64,000 nt of DNA from Sphyrna mokarran (taxonomy: Eukaryota), in contig JAGIQG010000007.1 in NCBI GenBank assembly GCA_024679065.1, positions 65,968,001-66,032,000 of the forward strand, written 5' to 3'. The position numbers and the translations under genes were made by a program. The notes below the pieces were generated by a model. It was not told where the DNA came from. It saw nothing but the letters and a program-made list of their open reading frames with translations, and ran no database searches. Of the stretch, positions 49,371-63,120 are shown in pieces (the first letter of the stretch is position 1; each line of letters opens with the position of its first letter).

Positions 49371-50562
49371 AACGTGGTTTTGAGACTGATTTTTGTGAAC
49401 TGTCATTATTCCATGGACATAATAAATGAGTGGCCATTACTGTATGTAAAAGTAATTATTTATAATATTGTGCTCTAGGCTGGATGCTTGGGATTATTTG
49501 ACGTATAGGAGGTGCAATATTGAAGATAATCACTGAAGGTGACAAAAATTGGGTAGGGGGAGTGTTAGGGTGAAATAATATGGCTGTAACTTGTTCAGTA
49601 GGAAGTGAAAATCGTGACTGGTGCATGTGCATACTACTGAGGAGATTGGCACATAGTTTCAGATGGAGGAACGAGGCAGTGGAAGAAGAGGTTTCAATCT
49701 TTTTTGGTTTGGGGGAATGCTTTTACTGACTATGTCACTTAAATGCACAAGAGCTCCAAGAATGTAGTAGCTGTGTCTCTCTTGACAGGTGAATGTGAAT
49801 AGCAGTAAATATTTTTATTTCAGAGGGATATTTTCAGGGTGTGGGGCATGCTTTGTTGCAATGATGGGCAACTTAAACTAATGAATGGGCCGCATAAGTG
49901 GTCCTTCTCAAGAGGCCACAAAGTTGAAATCTGCAATGTGCATGGACCACAATCCCATGACTAAGATTAATTACATTGAGTATACGCACACATTTAATAA
50001 TGAGTTACAGAGAATGCTAAATCATTCATATATTAATGGAACTATCATCATCTTCAAATGGGAGAAATATTTAAGATCAGCTTGCATGGATTACAATTTA
50101 CTGCCTTTATCAAACTTAATACCAGCAACAACTGAACACAATGCATTTTTGAATTCCACGTGTGTTTTGGCATTTTAAAAAATGTATTCATATTTATTTT
50201 CTTTCTTGATATACTCCTATAACCATTACTGCTGCTACAAAACCATGAAAATCTTATTTGCCAATAAATTGAAAAAGTATTTAAAGGCAAATGAGGAAAA
50301 CGTATAAAAACTCATCTACTAATCACTCCACTCTGTCTCGCACTTTTAGCTCCAAAGTTTGCTCTTGGTCTCGCTCTTTCCTGTCCCTTTTATTCATTTG
50401 TAGGGTATGAGCGTCACTGGCTGGCCATCAGATAAAATAATGAAGGTGAGTTGGCTGAATTTATAATGGAGCTGTCTGCGTTACAGGGTACAAGAACTTT
50501 TAACTTTGTTCTTTTTGGATGGTTGTTGATAGTAACCTACATGAAGGGATGAAAACATCCAA

Positions 50563-50910
50563 CAGCCTGCATTTGTATAGCTTATAGCCACAATGTGCTT
50601 CACAAGCAATTAATTGCTGTTGTGTTCTCACTATTTTAATGAGCCAAGCAGTGAAATATTGCTGAAATTGTTTTTAGTCATGTTATTTGAGGGATCAGCT
50701 GGGGCTCTGGAGAGAATCCTTCTTTGAAACATGGGCCATGTAAGCAGATGTTTTAACACATCATCCAAGAGATTATGCAATTGCTAGTGCAACACTCTTG
50801 CCGCACTTCATTGAAATGTTAGCCTGGACAACGTGTTCAAGTCTCGAATGGGAATTGAGCCCACAACATTCTGACTCTGGCAAGAGTTCTGCCAACTATG
50901 CCACAGCTGA
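50563..50910 (-). mobile_element. Deu-domain SINE, decayed
   Basis: ctgcatttgtatagc...gggaattgagcccacaacattctgactc...gccaactatgccacagctga; related to 30965. Confidence 0.6.
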
Positions 50911-52009
50911 TTCCTTGCTCAGGGCAGAACTAAAATGAAATATATGAGAACCCAGTCAGCGGGCAACTTGCTTGAGACTTCTGCTTCTCCATGAGGGATG
51001 AACTTTCGGCCATTTGTACAAGTTATTTTTAAAAACTGCTTTTCAGTTTTTCTCATGCCATTATAACAGCAGTTGCTGATTCTAGTGACACTTGTTTTAA
51101 TAGTTCTGTCGCTATCTTTATTTTTGGTGATGGGGAAAATAGGTATGACCTATTCAAGATGTTGTTTGGGCTGTCAGTAACATAGTCAATATCAATTTGC
51201 AATTTTGAGGCCAAATGGTTCAAGTGTAAGGAGATGATTGAGCAGACGAGAATGGAGAGCACTGAGGCAGGAAGGGAAATTCAGATCGGTGGGAGTGGAG
51301 TGGTGGATGTGTTAAGGCAAGTGACTTTGTCAATGAAAGAGAAATACAACCAGTGTGATAGGTGTGCTGTGGAAAAGAAATGTAGTTATGGAGGAAAATA
51401 AAAACCATATTGGGGTTGTCTGTAAAGAGGAATTACAGTCAATTTATGGAATGGGGAGGGTGGAAACACAGTAGGTGGATTCAATGGGTGATTTACAGCC
51501 AGTGGTGACTGAGTGGAAGGTGGAACCAATGATGGTAGTTGAATCCATGCCCTTGTTTTGGGAAGGAGTTAACAGTTGCTGCTCAGTGTGGGAAGAAAGG
51601 GACTACAAGGTTACTCAACTGATGGAACTGGGGCTAAAGCATTGCTCAGCAATGCACAGTCTGAAAACTTTCACATCGTGAAGAGGGAAATGTACTTGGT
51701 AAGCATGAGGAAGTAACTGCAACTCAGCAACTGGCTGCATTTTTAGTTAACTTGTTTCTGATACTTTGACACTTGTATTTGTTTATACTTGTTGATTCAG
51801 CCTGTATCACTGCCACAGTTTGTCATTGAACTTTTGCACGTCAGCTATTGATTTTAATTTTTTTTCTGCTTCACACACCACTGAAATGCACACTTGCTAA
51901 ATTATCTGACTGCTTCTCTGACATCCTGTGCTGTACATGGAATTGCAGATCCAAATATCTGATTGCAATATGTTCATTCTTATTGAAATCAAAATGATTT
52001 AAAGTTATG

Positions 52010-52173
52010 ATTTGATTTATTATTGCCACATGTATTAGTATACAGTGAAAAGTATTGTTCCTTGTACAGTATATAGACAGAACACACTGTCGATAAAGAA
52101 GGAAGTGAGAGTGCAAAATGTAGTGTTACAGTCATAGCTAGATTGTAGAGAAAGATCAACTTAATACAAGGTA
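52010..52173 (-). mobile_element. Rex1/Babar LINE 3' end
   Basis: Reverse complement of 55695-55860 (ttaagttgatctttctctaca...agctatg). Confidence 0.75.
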
Positions 52174-52329
52174 AATCAAAACTAAAAACATTTTCTTCTC
52201 ATCCAATTAAATGTTGGGAAGATTGAAGCCATTCTTTTTGGTACACCTTCCAAATGTCCTGGCTACTGGCTCCACTCCTTTTCCAGGCAACTTTAGGACA
52301 AAATCAGTCTGTTTGCAACCTTGGAGAGT

Positions 52330-52975
52330 CACATTTGATCCTGAGGCGAGTTCTGAACTCATTTGTGCCATTTCTAAGACTGGCTGTTTATTCCTCCATT
52401 AGCATTGCTCAACTTTGCCCCTGTCTCAGCTCATCTGCTGGAGCCCTTATCCATGCCTTTGTTACTTTTAGCTTCAAATACTTCATTATACTCTTGACTG
52501 GACTCCCAATCCTATCTATGTAAACTAAGGTCATCCTACTTCATGTGTCTCGACTTGCAGCAATCCCCAACACTGCTGACCTAAATTGGCTCCCAGTCAA
52601 CTAATATCTTGATTTCAAAATACATTCTTAGTTCCCCCCATGGTTTTGCCCCTACCTATCTCTAATCAGACTCATTTCGCAATTTGTCATGCAGTCCTCT
52701 AAATCCAGTCTCTTGTGCATTCCTAATCATCACTACTCCACCATTGATGACTATGTCTTTCTTGCTAGACCCCAACTTTGAAATTTCCTCCCTACATATT
52801 TTCATCCATGTACTTGTTTTTTCTCCTTTAAAGCACTTTGTAAAACAAATCTACTTCTTTGACCAAGCTTCTGGTCATCTGACCTAAACTGTATCTGGTT
52901 CGTGTCATACTAGTTTTAATGCTCCTATTAAGCACTTTGGGATGTTTCATTATGTTAAAGGTGCTATAGTGTTTT
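52330..52975 (+). mobile_element. L2 LINE 3' fragment
   Basis: cccttatccatgcctttgttac; ctgacctaaattggctcccagtc; ttaaaggtgctata end. Confidence 0.7.
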
Positions 52976-53314
52976 ATTGCTTGTTCCTGAGACTCCTTTT
53001 GCTACTTGAACTCACTTTCTCCCCACATTTCCATTTTTACTTTTGTTTCATAGACTTCATTCCTTCAGTTGTTCATGATCACAGTTTGTGATATTTTAGT
53101 TTTGATTTCAACTTAAAGCACAACTTGTGATCAGTCATTAAGATTAACAATACTATATGCTTCAATTGTTTTTAGTTCAGTTACTGATTCTATTTTGAAA
53201 GTAGTAATTTTTAAAAATTGCTTGTTTATGGGAAACAAGGTTTCATTTGACCAACCAAAAAGAATTGATGGGCTATGTCATTAATTATTCAGAGTGCCAT
53301 TTGCAGTTAATCAT

Positions 53315-53596
53315 ACCATCCCTATAGTGCAGAAAGAAGCCATTTGTCCCACTGAGTCTGCGCTGACAACCATCCTACCCAGGCTCTAACCCGGTAACCC
53401 CATGTATTTACCCTGCTAATCTCCCTGACACTAATGCGCAATTTAGCACAGCCAATCAACCTAACATCATATCTTTAGACTATAGGGCATGTCCAGAGCA
53501 CCTGGAGGAAACCCATGCAGATGTGGGAGGAAGTTACCCAAGGCTGGAATTGAATCTGATCCCTGGCATTGTGGGGCAGCAGTGCTAACCACTGTA
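53315..53596 (-). mobile_element. HE1-type V-SINE
   Basis: Reverse complement cagtggttagcactgctgccccacaatgccagggatcagattcaattccagccttggg...gggtttcctccaggtgctc. Confidence 0.8.
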
Positions 53597-54849
53597 TGCG
53601 TTGTCAAGTAATGTTTGAGTGACCAACAATTTTTCAGTTGATGACGGCAAGCTCCATTGACACCTAATGTACTGTTGGAATCCAGAGACCAACAATTTTT
53701 AATAAATATACAGTTAAGATATTTTGTGAACAAGAGGGGAGAAATCAATGCTCTTAACATTAAGTTTCTTAAAGGAAAGAAACAAGAAGCAGCTTTGAAG
53801 TTTTATGTTAATTAGTTTTGAGTGCACATGGGTCCAAGGCTTAACATTAAATGAATATTAATTAAGTAGAAAAATAAAACAAAGGCCAGCAGGAATAGGG
53901 ATGGACACAAGAGCTGGCAGAGATGTGGAAGATCAGAAAGGAGGCTTGTGATGGGCCTGATTCTTAATTGGAAAAAAAACAGTTTTTCTAGGCAAGTCTT
54001 AAAATGAAAATAGCAAGCAGCATATGCCTCTGTGCCGTATAGCAGAGAAGAATTCCCAAAGCATCAAGCACCCTACACTCAAGGTCCATCTAGTCAACCC
54101 TTCTATTTTTGTTTGCATTCATTGACATTTGCCATGGGGATGCTTTGTAGTGATTTAGTCTGTCCTTGGTGCTTACAGCTTATTGCCTGGTCCTGGCTTT
54201 GTTCGTGATTTTGCACAGCGGGTGGTTTGAAGAGGGGGAGGGGAGAGTAAATGAGATCAGCTGGGAACAGACATTGCAGCATAGTAGTGGATTTTGGGGG
54301 AGGGGAGAGGCAGACTCATTTGGGAACAGGAGCTGTGTTAGCTTCAGTTCAAATAAAAATCATGTCTGTTCGTGATAGTCACAATATTCAGCTGAAGAGT
54401 TTAGATTTGAAAAGAGAAAAGTTGCAATCTGTTTAATTGCAGCCATGTGTTTAGTTGAAAAGGCAAGTGAACAAGAAGCAGCAACATGAAGATGTCAAAT
54501 CAGAATAGCTTTATTCACCATCTTACTGAATGCACTGTGGAATATAACTTGTGTAGTAAATTTGGCGCATAAGGACATGTATTTTACTAAAACCATTCAA
54601 GTGGAACTTGTTCCATTTGGAGTTCATAGGGATTGTAATGCCTGTAGATTAAACTTTTTATGCGAACAAGCCCTTTAAATGTATTTATTTAAAAATTAAT
54701 ATTCAATTTGACTTTTTCTGTGTTCTGGAATTATTGTTGGCCTCAGGAAAGCCCAACATTTAAGAGGCATCTGGATTGATGAATGAATAGGGAAGGAATA
54801 GAGGGATATGAATAGGGCAAGGGCAGAAGTTTTTTTTATTTAGGGTGTC

Positions 54850-55860
54850 TCTCTGCGATTAGATCCTGAACTTGCTAACTTTCAGACCACAATCAGGAAG
54901 GCTAGGCAATAACACCTTCACGATCATCATCAATACTGCTGCCACAGAAGTTTGTGTTCTCAGCCCCATACTGTACTGCTTATACCCCTATGGCTATGTG
55001 GCCAAATTTCCCTCCAATGTGATTTTCAGGTTTGCTGATAACACCACTATTAGTAGGTTGGATCTCAAACAATGATGAGATAGAGTACAGGAATGAAATA
55101 GAGAATCTGGTGAACTGGTGCAGCAGCAATAATCTCTCTCTCAAAGTCAACAAAATGAAGGAGAAGTCATTGACTTCGGGAAGCGTAAAAGAAAACATAC
55201 CCTTGTCTACTTCAATGGGGACCAAGTAGAAAGGGTTGAGAACTTCAAGTTTCTAGGTGTCCAGATCACCAACAACCTGTCCTGGTCACCCATGTCAATG
55301 CAATCTTTAAGAAAGCCCACCAATGCTTCTAGTATCTCGGAAGACTAAGGAAATTTGGCACATCAGCTATGATTCTGTCAGCTTTTACAGATGCACTATA
55401 GAAAGCATTTTTTCTGGTTGTATCACAGCTTGGTATGGCTCCTGCTATTCCCAAGACTGCAAGGAACTACAAAGGGTCATGAACATAACCCAATCCATCA
55501 CGCAAACCTGCCTCCCATTTATTGACTCTGTCTACACTTCCCACTGTCTCAGCAAAGCAGCCAGCACAATTAACCCCAGACATTCTCTCTTCCACCACCT
55601 TTCATCAGGAAAAAGTTACAAAAGTCTGAGGTTGCATATTAACCAACAGAAGAACAGCTTCTTCCCCACTGCTGACAGGCTTTTGAATGGACTTACCTTG
55701 CATTAAGTTGATCTTTCTCTACACCCTAGCTATGTCTGTAAAGCTACATTCTTCGCTCTCTTGACGACTCCTTCATGAATGGTATGTATGTTTTGTCTGT
55801 ATCGCATGTAAGAAACAATATTTTTCACTTAATATATGTTACGATAATAAAATACGTCAA
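54850..55860 (+). mobile_element. Rex1/Babar-clade LINE, RT and 3' end
   Basis: CVLSPILY, FRFADNTT, NNDEIEYRNEIENLVNWCSSNNLSLKVNKMKE, FYRCTIESIFSGCITAWYG. Confidence 0.85.
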
Positions 55861-55987
55861 ATTATGACTGTCTCGGATTTGGAGGGCCGAAGGTCTTCTC
55901 CAATGCTCTACTTCTCTTCGTTCTTTGTATAATCAATGGCTTTGGCAATTGTATTTAACAGCAAAACAGATAATAAAAAAGAGAGCA

Positions 55988-56266
55988 GTATAGAAACTAG
56001 AAACAGGAGTAGACAATTTGGCCCTTTGAACCTGGTCCACCATTTGTTTTGATCATAGATGATTATCAAATTCAATATCCTGATTTTCTCTTCCCCATCC
56101 CGCACCCCCCATCTCCGCACGCACGCACATCCCTTGATCCCTTTAGCCCCAAGAGCTATATCTAATTTCTTCTTGAAATCAGATAACGTTTTGGCCTTAA
56201 CTACTTTTTGTGGTAGTGAATTTCACACATTCATGCCCACTGGGTAAAGAAATCTTTCCTCATCTC
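55988..56266 (-). mobile_element. CR1 3' end fragment
   Basis: Antisense of the family at 42750-42975 (cctttagccccaagagctatatctaatttcttcttgaaatc). Confidence 0.75.
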
Positions 56267-56639
56267 ATACAAAGTTAACATTAATTGTGGGTAGTGACAC
56301 TTATGGATCACTCTGACTGGGAAGGCATGGCCACTAATATTGAAAGCTTCTGTCACTGTCATTAATTATGTAAGAAATAAAGCACATTTTATATTGGTTC
56401 TTTTGAAAATTGTCATACTCCATTGAATGTGCTAAAAAGTTAAGATAAATATTCCATCAGTTGTGGGAGCAAACTTCCTTGTACTTGTGATTCTGGAATG
56501 TTTGCATCCAGGAAACTGAGGACTCAAACCTCCCAGAACCCAATTAAAACACCGGTACAGAACTGTTTTAAGAGGATTATGTAGTACTTTATTGACAATG
56601 CTGTGCTTTAACACGGAATGCTTTGAACATATATGATGG

Positions 56640-58245
56640 GATCAAAAAGGCAATAAGGCCTTGAGCAAAAAAAAAGCGCCATTGAGAACAAAGTTAGAGA
56701 AACTAATCATTGACTGCAATAAACAGTTGGAGAGATGGGCGGGACTACTTTGAGTTCTCCTCTGGGGTATGTGATCAAGGACATCAGTGTGATCTTCTTT
56801 CGAGGAAGAGCTGGATATCGAACCCATAGTAGAAGAATTTGCAAAGCTGTAAACAAGCTTGCAATTGGTAAATTTCCAGGTATTGATGCTATACTGCCTG
56901 AACTCATCAAGCACAGGCAACCTACACTCCTGCAGCATTTGCAGAAACTCCTCTCTGTCTGCTGGAGGGAGGAGGCAGTACCTCAGGATAAGCATAACAA
57001 AAGCTTTACAAAAACAAGGACAAATAGCCATTGCAACAATTATCAAGGCATCTACCTGCTGAGCAGTAAGACACAAATGTTCGTCTATGTTTCTATTATC
57101 AGATTACAGACTCTTGCTGAACACGTCTATCCCAAATGCTAGTGTGGTTTCAGAACTAGAAGATCCAAAATCAGTATGATTTTCAGTCTAGTAGCTACAA
57201 GAGAAACATTGTTAATGAAGGAGACAGCTATATATTGCCACCTTCAGTCTCACCAATGCATTAAACACATGGGCAGAGAGGGCCTATTTAAGCTGCTAGA
57301 GAAAATTGGCTGTATGCTGAAGCTGCTCAATATGATCTCATTCTATGACAAAATGCTGAGTAAGATTAGCTATGAAAGAGCAATATTGGAACCTTTTTTG
57401 ACTCAAACAGGTTGCATTCTGGTTAAAAAAAACTTTAGAATAATCTCTTGCTGCTGCCACATGCCTTCAGTTCATCTCAAAAAGGTGTGTCCATGCAAAC
57501 CAGAACTGAAATCTATTCAACCTGTCCATCTGAGATCCAAGGGAAAAGTGTGCCAAGTCATCATCAGGGAGTTACTCTTTGCCAATGGTTCCATATTGAG
57601 CAACAGTTTCAGCGGCAAATAAAGACACTGTCATGTCTCAAGGAGTTTGGTCTGACCTTCAGCATGAAGAAGGTGTTGCCATATTGATGTGAGGTTGGCA
57701 TTGACAATAGTGTTGGAGATTGGTGATAACTTCACATGTATAGATTCTATAACCACTTGTAATCTTTCTCTCAATGCTGAAATCAATACACATTTTGTAA
57801 AAGCTGCAGCTGTTATGTGTAAGCTGTATAAAAGCAACTTGATTGAGAGCTACGTTCATTGGATAGATAATGCAGTACATCATCTTCCAAATGATGAACC
57901 GGCTATTAGGCCTTGAACTGAGCATTCATATATCTGCTACAAGGACATCTGAAAGCAAGATATAAAGACATTGACAACTGGGAGACAGTTGTCGACAACC
58001 ATGAACTTGAAGCTGACTTTCTGGAGGGGCATTGAAAGAGATGAGACAAAACAGCTCACCTGGCCAAGAGGAGAACCCAGAGAATATAAAAGCTAGCAAC
58101 CCCTACAGCTTAGCTCAATGTCTTCAGTTGCAGCAAATATAGCAGGAATTGCCATGACAGAGGAGCTCCTGAGAGACTCTGGAGTACACAAGAATTGATC
58201 ACCAAGGCATACATCATTGTCAGATATGACAAAAGGCTGTCATTA
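56640..58245 (+). mobile_element. RTE-clade LINE RT fragment, decayed
   Basis: PGIDAILPELIK...CWREEAVPQD...CNNYQGIYLLS...YPKC-CGFR...MIFSL...LFKLLEKIGC...ELLFAN. Confidence 0.8.
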
Positions 58246-58849
58246 AAATTGGTACCAACAGTCTAAAGCTGGTGACAACATTAAAAAGAACTTTAATTTA
58301 TGTCCATCTAAGCGTTAGCTCATGACTACTGTTGTTTAATATCTAAATTAGCTGTGCTGTGTTCTCCAGCATTGGCATCCTCACTGTGCAATGCTGTTAA
58401 AATGTGAAAACGCAAAATGAAAATTTTGGCTGAAAAACATAAAACCTGTTAATATAAATAGCCAAGTTGTAGAAAGCCAATTGGTACAATATAGCAACAG
58501 CTGACAGGTTGACAAGATCAATGACTAAAACCCAAAGTTATAACATTTTCCATTAACCAGAAAAAAATTCCCTCCCATATTTCTTCAGAATTTGCCAGCA
58601 CCTTAATTTTCATAATCCATGGATAACTGTGAATCATCCATTCTTTTGCACAAGCAACAAAGCACAAAGGTTGTTGGATAACAAACATCTGTTTGGACAG
58701 CAGCATCTGTGACTAAACTGTCCTGTTTTAGGATATCCTATGCCCACACAGATTAGGGAGGCAGCTAAGGGGCTAAAATGGCCATTCCACTTCACCCTGT
58801 CTAGGGAACCACATGCTGCATATCCACCATCTTTGTGGTCAGAAAAAGC

Positions 58850-60240
58850 TTAAGTTTGCAATTATAATTTCAAATGACTTTTGGAAAGAAGAATTACAGA
58901 CATATCACAAGCTAGCAAGACTCCAAATTGACATCACTGCCCTCAGTAAGATGTGCCTTTCCTTGAAGAGACAGCTGAAGAACCAAGCAGGGGGATACAC
59001 ATTATACTTGGAAAGAAAAGACTGACAGTAACCCTCATGTCCCTTGAGTCCACAAAGATGATTTTGCCATCAGGCATAGGATCTTAGAAGCGTTGCCAGA
59101 ATCATCTAATTGTATAAATGGAAGAAGACCCATAGTTGTTCACCTGTAGCTTAGCTGTAATCAGTGTGGGGATAATGGGTTAGGGCCTGGGTGGGATTGT
59201 GGTCGGTGCTACGTGATAGGCCAAATGGCCCTTTCTGCACTAAAGGGTTTCTTTAATTCCGTGAATGTGCCAACATAATCAGCACATATGACTGGTCATT
59301 AGCTCTAATAAAGATTTTAAGGAAAAAATCTAGCTGACGTTGGGAAATCCACACATCCCGAAGAAGAAAAGATCATCTACTGAGGGATTTAAATATTGTG
59401 GTTGGCTGAGAGTCCTATGTCAGGAATGGGAACCATTAGGGCAAACAGGTGGGAAAAGCTAATGTAAATGGTATCCTCCTGATAGTGTGCTCAGTGTGAC
59501 CTTATTCTCGTAATAACCGTCTTCCACCAGAAGGACAAATACAAAACCGCATGGAGACATCTAGATCAAAACATTGGCACCCCTGCATGACATCATTGTT
59601 CAAACCAAAGATGATCTTGTTGATTATATCGCTTGATTCATGCCTGCTCAACAGATGTTAGATTTGTCTGATTGGTAATGAACATCCACATAGCACAGGG
59701 ACATCATAATGCCCAAACATCAGCGAAGAACAGCCTCCGTGGGGTCAAACAAAGTCAACCAAACTACGCTGCTGTTTTCCAGATCATTAGGTTCAAGCAT
59801 AGTCATCACCAAGACTTATTCAATGAAAATGATGCTGAAGTTTCTAACTTCCAAGAACAAAAAATGGCAGCCTTCATTGCTTAATAGAAAAGTCTGAGGT
59901 CACAAGTCAAGAAGGCAGCATTTAGAACTTCAAAGCTTCTATAAAGTCTTCAAAAGAGAAATAAAAATGATGAAGGAAGTGCTAGGAAGACAAAACGTGA
60001 GAGACCCATCATGATGCGCAAAGCTTATTTGAAGTCGCAAGGGCCATTTAAAGACCAGGATGAAATGGATCAAATCTCCATTAATCACAAGATAATATGT
60101 CTTAGGAATGTCAATATTAAAAAGAACATTTTCAACCTTTTTTCATTGTAAATCCACAGTAGCAACTGATATTTCCGGTCTATCCCCCTGTCCCTTGTGG
60201 TAGAATCCATGTATGAACCACCACCAATGGGAAACAGATG
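58850..60240 (+). mobile_element. RTE-clade LINE endonuclease region, decayed
   Basis: LARLQIDITALSKM...GGYTLY; HHQDLFNENDAE; probably continues at 62235-63120. Confidence 0.6.
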
Positions 60241-60287
60241 ACTAACAAGAAAACCTGTAGTTCCAGATGTTAAAGAAAATTACAACT

Positions 60288-62165
60288 CAAACAGATTCTT
60301 CCATGCTCCAAGCCTGCACCAACCATGCTGCCCTACTGAACCAAAACCCCCTACCCTTCCGGGGACCACATCCCTCTATTCCCATCCTATTCATGTACTT
60401 GTCAAGACGCCCCATAATAATCGCTATCGTATCTGTTTCCACTACCTCCCCTGGCAGCAAGTTCCAGGTATCTACCATCCTCTGTGTAAAAAAAAAAAGA
60501 AAAAACCTGCCTTGTACGTTTTCTTTAAACCTTACCCCTTGCATCTTAAATTTATGGCCTCTGATAATTGACCCTTCACCCTGGGAAAAAATTTCTGACT
60601 AGCCACTCTGTCCATGCTCCTTTATAATCTTGTAGAGTTCTACCAGATCGCCCCTCAACCTCTGTTGTTCCAGCGAGAACAAACCAAGATTTTCTAACCT
60701 ATCCTCATAGCTAATGTCCTCCATACTAGCCAACATCCTAGTAAATCTTTTCTGCACTCTCTACAAAGCATCCATATCCTTCTGTTAGTGTGGAGACCAG
60801 AATTGAACACTATTCCAAGTGCGGCCTAACTAAGGTTCTATAAAGTTGCAATACGATGTGCCAATTTTTAAACTTGATGTCCTTGCCAATGAAGACAAGC
60901 ATGCCAATACTTTCTTGACTACCTTTTCCATCTGTCGTTTTCAGTGACCTATGTACCTGTACACCCAGATCCCTCCGCTTATCAATACTCTTAAGTCTTC
61001 TACCACTTACTGTATGTTTCCTGGCTGTATTAGACTTTCCAAAATGCATTACCTCACATTTGTCTGGATTAAGCTCCATCTGCCATCTTTGTGCCCAAAA
61101 TTTCAACTGATTTATATTCTGTTGTATCCTCTGACAGTCCTCATCGCTATCTGCAATTCCACCATCCTTTGTGTCATCCGCAAACTTATTAATCAAACCA
61201 GTTACATTGGAACGCCATTAGTCACAACCCTCCATTCAGAAACGTACTCTTCCACTGCTACCCTCTGTCTTCTGTTATTGTAAGAAGCTTCACAATATCA
61301 GGTTAAAGTCCAACAGATTTATTTGGCAGCACAAGCTTTCACAGTCTCAGGCTCCTTCTTCACTTGAAGGAGTCTGAGATTTCAAAAGCTTGTATAGCCA
61401 AATAAACCTGTTGGACTTTAACCTGGTTTTGTGAGATGACTTGTTATGCTTATCCCAGTCCAACTTCAGCATTCCCCACTTGTATGACTGAGCCGGTTCT
61501 GTAGCCATTTTTGCTAGCTCACTTCTTATGACCTGTGCAACTTCACCTTCTGTACCCATCTGCCATGAGTGATCTTGTCAAAGGCCTTACTGAAGTTCAT
61601 GTAGACAACATCCACTGCCCTACTGTCATCAATCATCTTCCTCACTTCCTTGAAAACCTTGATCAAGTTAGTGAGAGATAACCTCATCTTCACAAAACCA
61701 CATTGTCTCTCGCTAATACGTCCAATTATTTCCTAGTAGGAACAAATCCTGTCTTGAAGAATCCTCTCCAATAATTTCCCTACCACTGACATAGGACTCA
61801 CTGGCCTGTAATTACCTAAATTATCACTGCTCTCCTTCTTAAACAAAGGAACAACATTCGCTATTCTCCAATCTTCTGGGACCTACCTACAGCCAGTGAG
61901 GATATAAAGATTTCTCAAGACCCCAGCAATTTCCACACTTGGCTCTTTCAGTAATCTGAGGTATATCCCATCAGGCACGAGGGACTTGTTTATCTTCATG
62001 TTTCCCAAGCCCACCTTTTTGATTTCAACATGACCCAAATTATCTGCATACCCTTCTCCAGACTTATCATCCACCAAGTCCTCCTTTTTGGTGGGTACTG
62101 ACGTACTCATTTAATATCTCACCCATTTCCTTGGGCTCCATGCATAGTTTCCCCCTTTGTCCATG
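60288..62165 (-). mobile_element. CR1 ORF2 3' half with nested Penelope palindrome
   Basis: INKFADDTKDGG...WQMELNPDKCEVMHFG...[11 protein letters not shown]; KSLVPDGIYLRLLKE. Confidence 0.88.
61280..61479 (+). mobile_element. Palindromic Penelope-like non-autonomous element
   Basis: caggttaaagtccaacagatttatttggc pairs with gccaaataaacctgttggactttaacctg; cccagtccaac tail. Confidence 0.8.
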
Positions 62166-62234
62166 TTGTTCCTGTTGAGGTCTTCAAAACTGGTGAGTTT
62201 TTGTTTATATCACGCTCCAAGCAATTGTATACAT

Positions 62235-63120
62235 ATTTGCTCGGTTAAGCATTTCACCTCCCATACATGTTGAAGGAGGGACTCTGACACATGTTGAGCA
62301 ATTCCCATACCTTTGCAGCCACTTGTTGTCAATAGGCCACCCTTGATGAGATTGAACACTGGATCATCTGTGTTAGCTTAGTCTTCAATGTTCAGTTGAC
62401 AACAGTGACTCTGATATAAAGAGTTACTGTCACCTCCTATACAGCAGTGAGATCTGGGTTGTGCATCAATGACACATAATGGAGAAAAGACGTTCTGTCA
62501 ACAGTGATTTAATGAGAGGAGTATTGAACAAATGCTAGTGTTCTCTTGAAACTTCAAACTTCTCCTCCTTCTTCCTCTTCTCTTCAAACTCAATGTAGGT
62601 GTGCCCATCTTTCAGACGCCTGGTCTTGCAAGAACATTAAATAAAATATCTTGCTCCTTCGGAACTTGACTCAACTAAATTGTTTGATCGTGAGCGGTGT
62701 TTCTCACACTCTTGAAGCCCAACCAAAAGTTTTCAAGCAAAACTCCAGAAAATCAAATTCAACAAACTGGATAATGTCCAGATGGCCAGGTCCTGTTTTC
62801 TGAAGTCTCAAATAGCCAAAGCTTCAGACAAAACAAAGGAAATGTTTCAAAGATACTCTGAAGCTTTCCTTGAAGTATGACAGCATTGATGTTTATGACT
62901 GTTGCATCTTCTCCATTAATTTGATGACACTTTGAGTCACAATGTTGAGGCAGAGAACAAAAAGAAAAGGAAGGAAATCCTGCACTCTGATCTCTATCTG
63001 TTAGGACATCTTGACTAATGTTCCCAGAGATGTGTGGATCAAAAATTGGTCTGTTCAGTCATATGGGAAGACCCATGGCAGAATCTGAGCCTGAGTATGT
63101 TGTCCTCAAACTGATGGACA
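62235..63120 (+). mobile_element. RTE-clade LINE 3' part, decayed
   Basis: cccttgatgagattgaacactggatc; cctcctatacagcagtgagatctgg; gtttcaaagatactctgaagct; gtcctcaaactgatggacagcca end. Confidence 0.55.
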
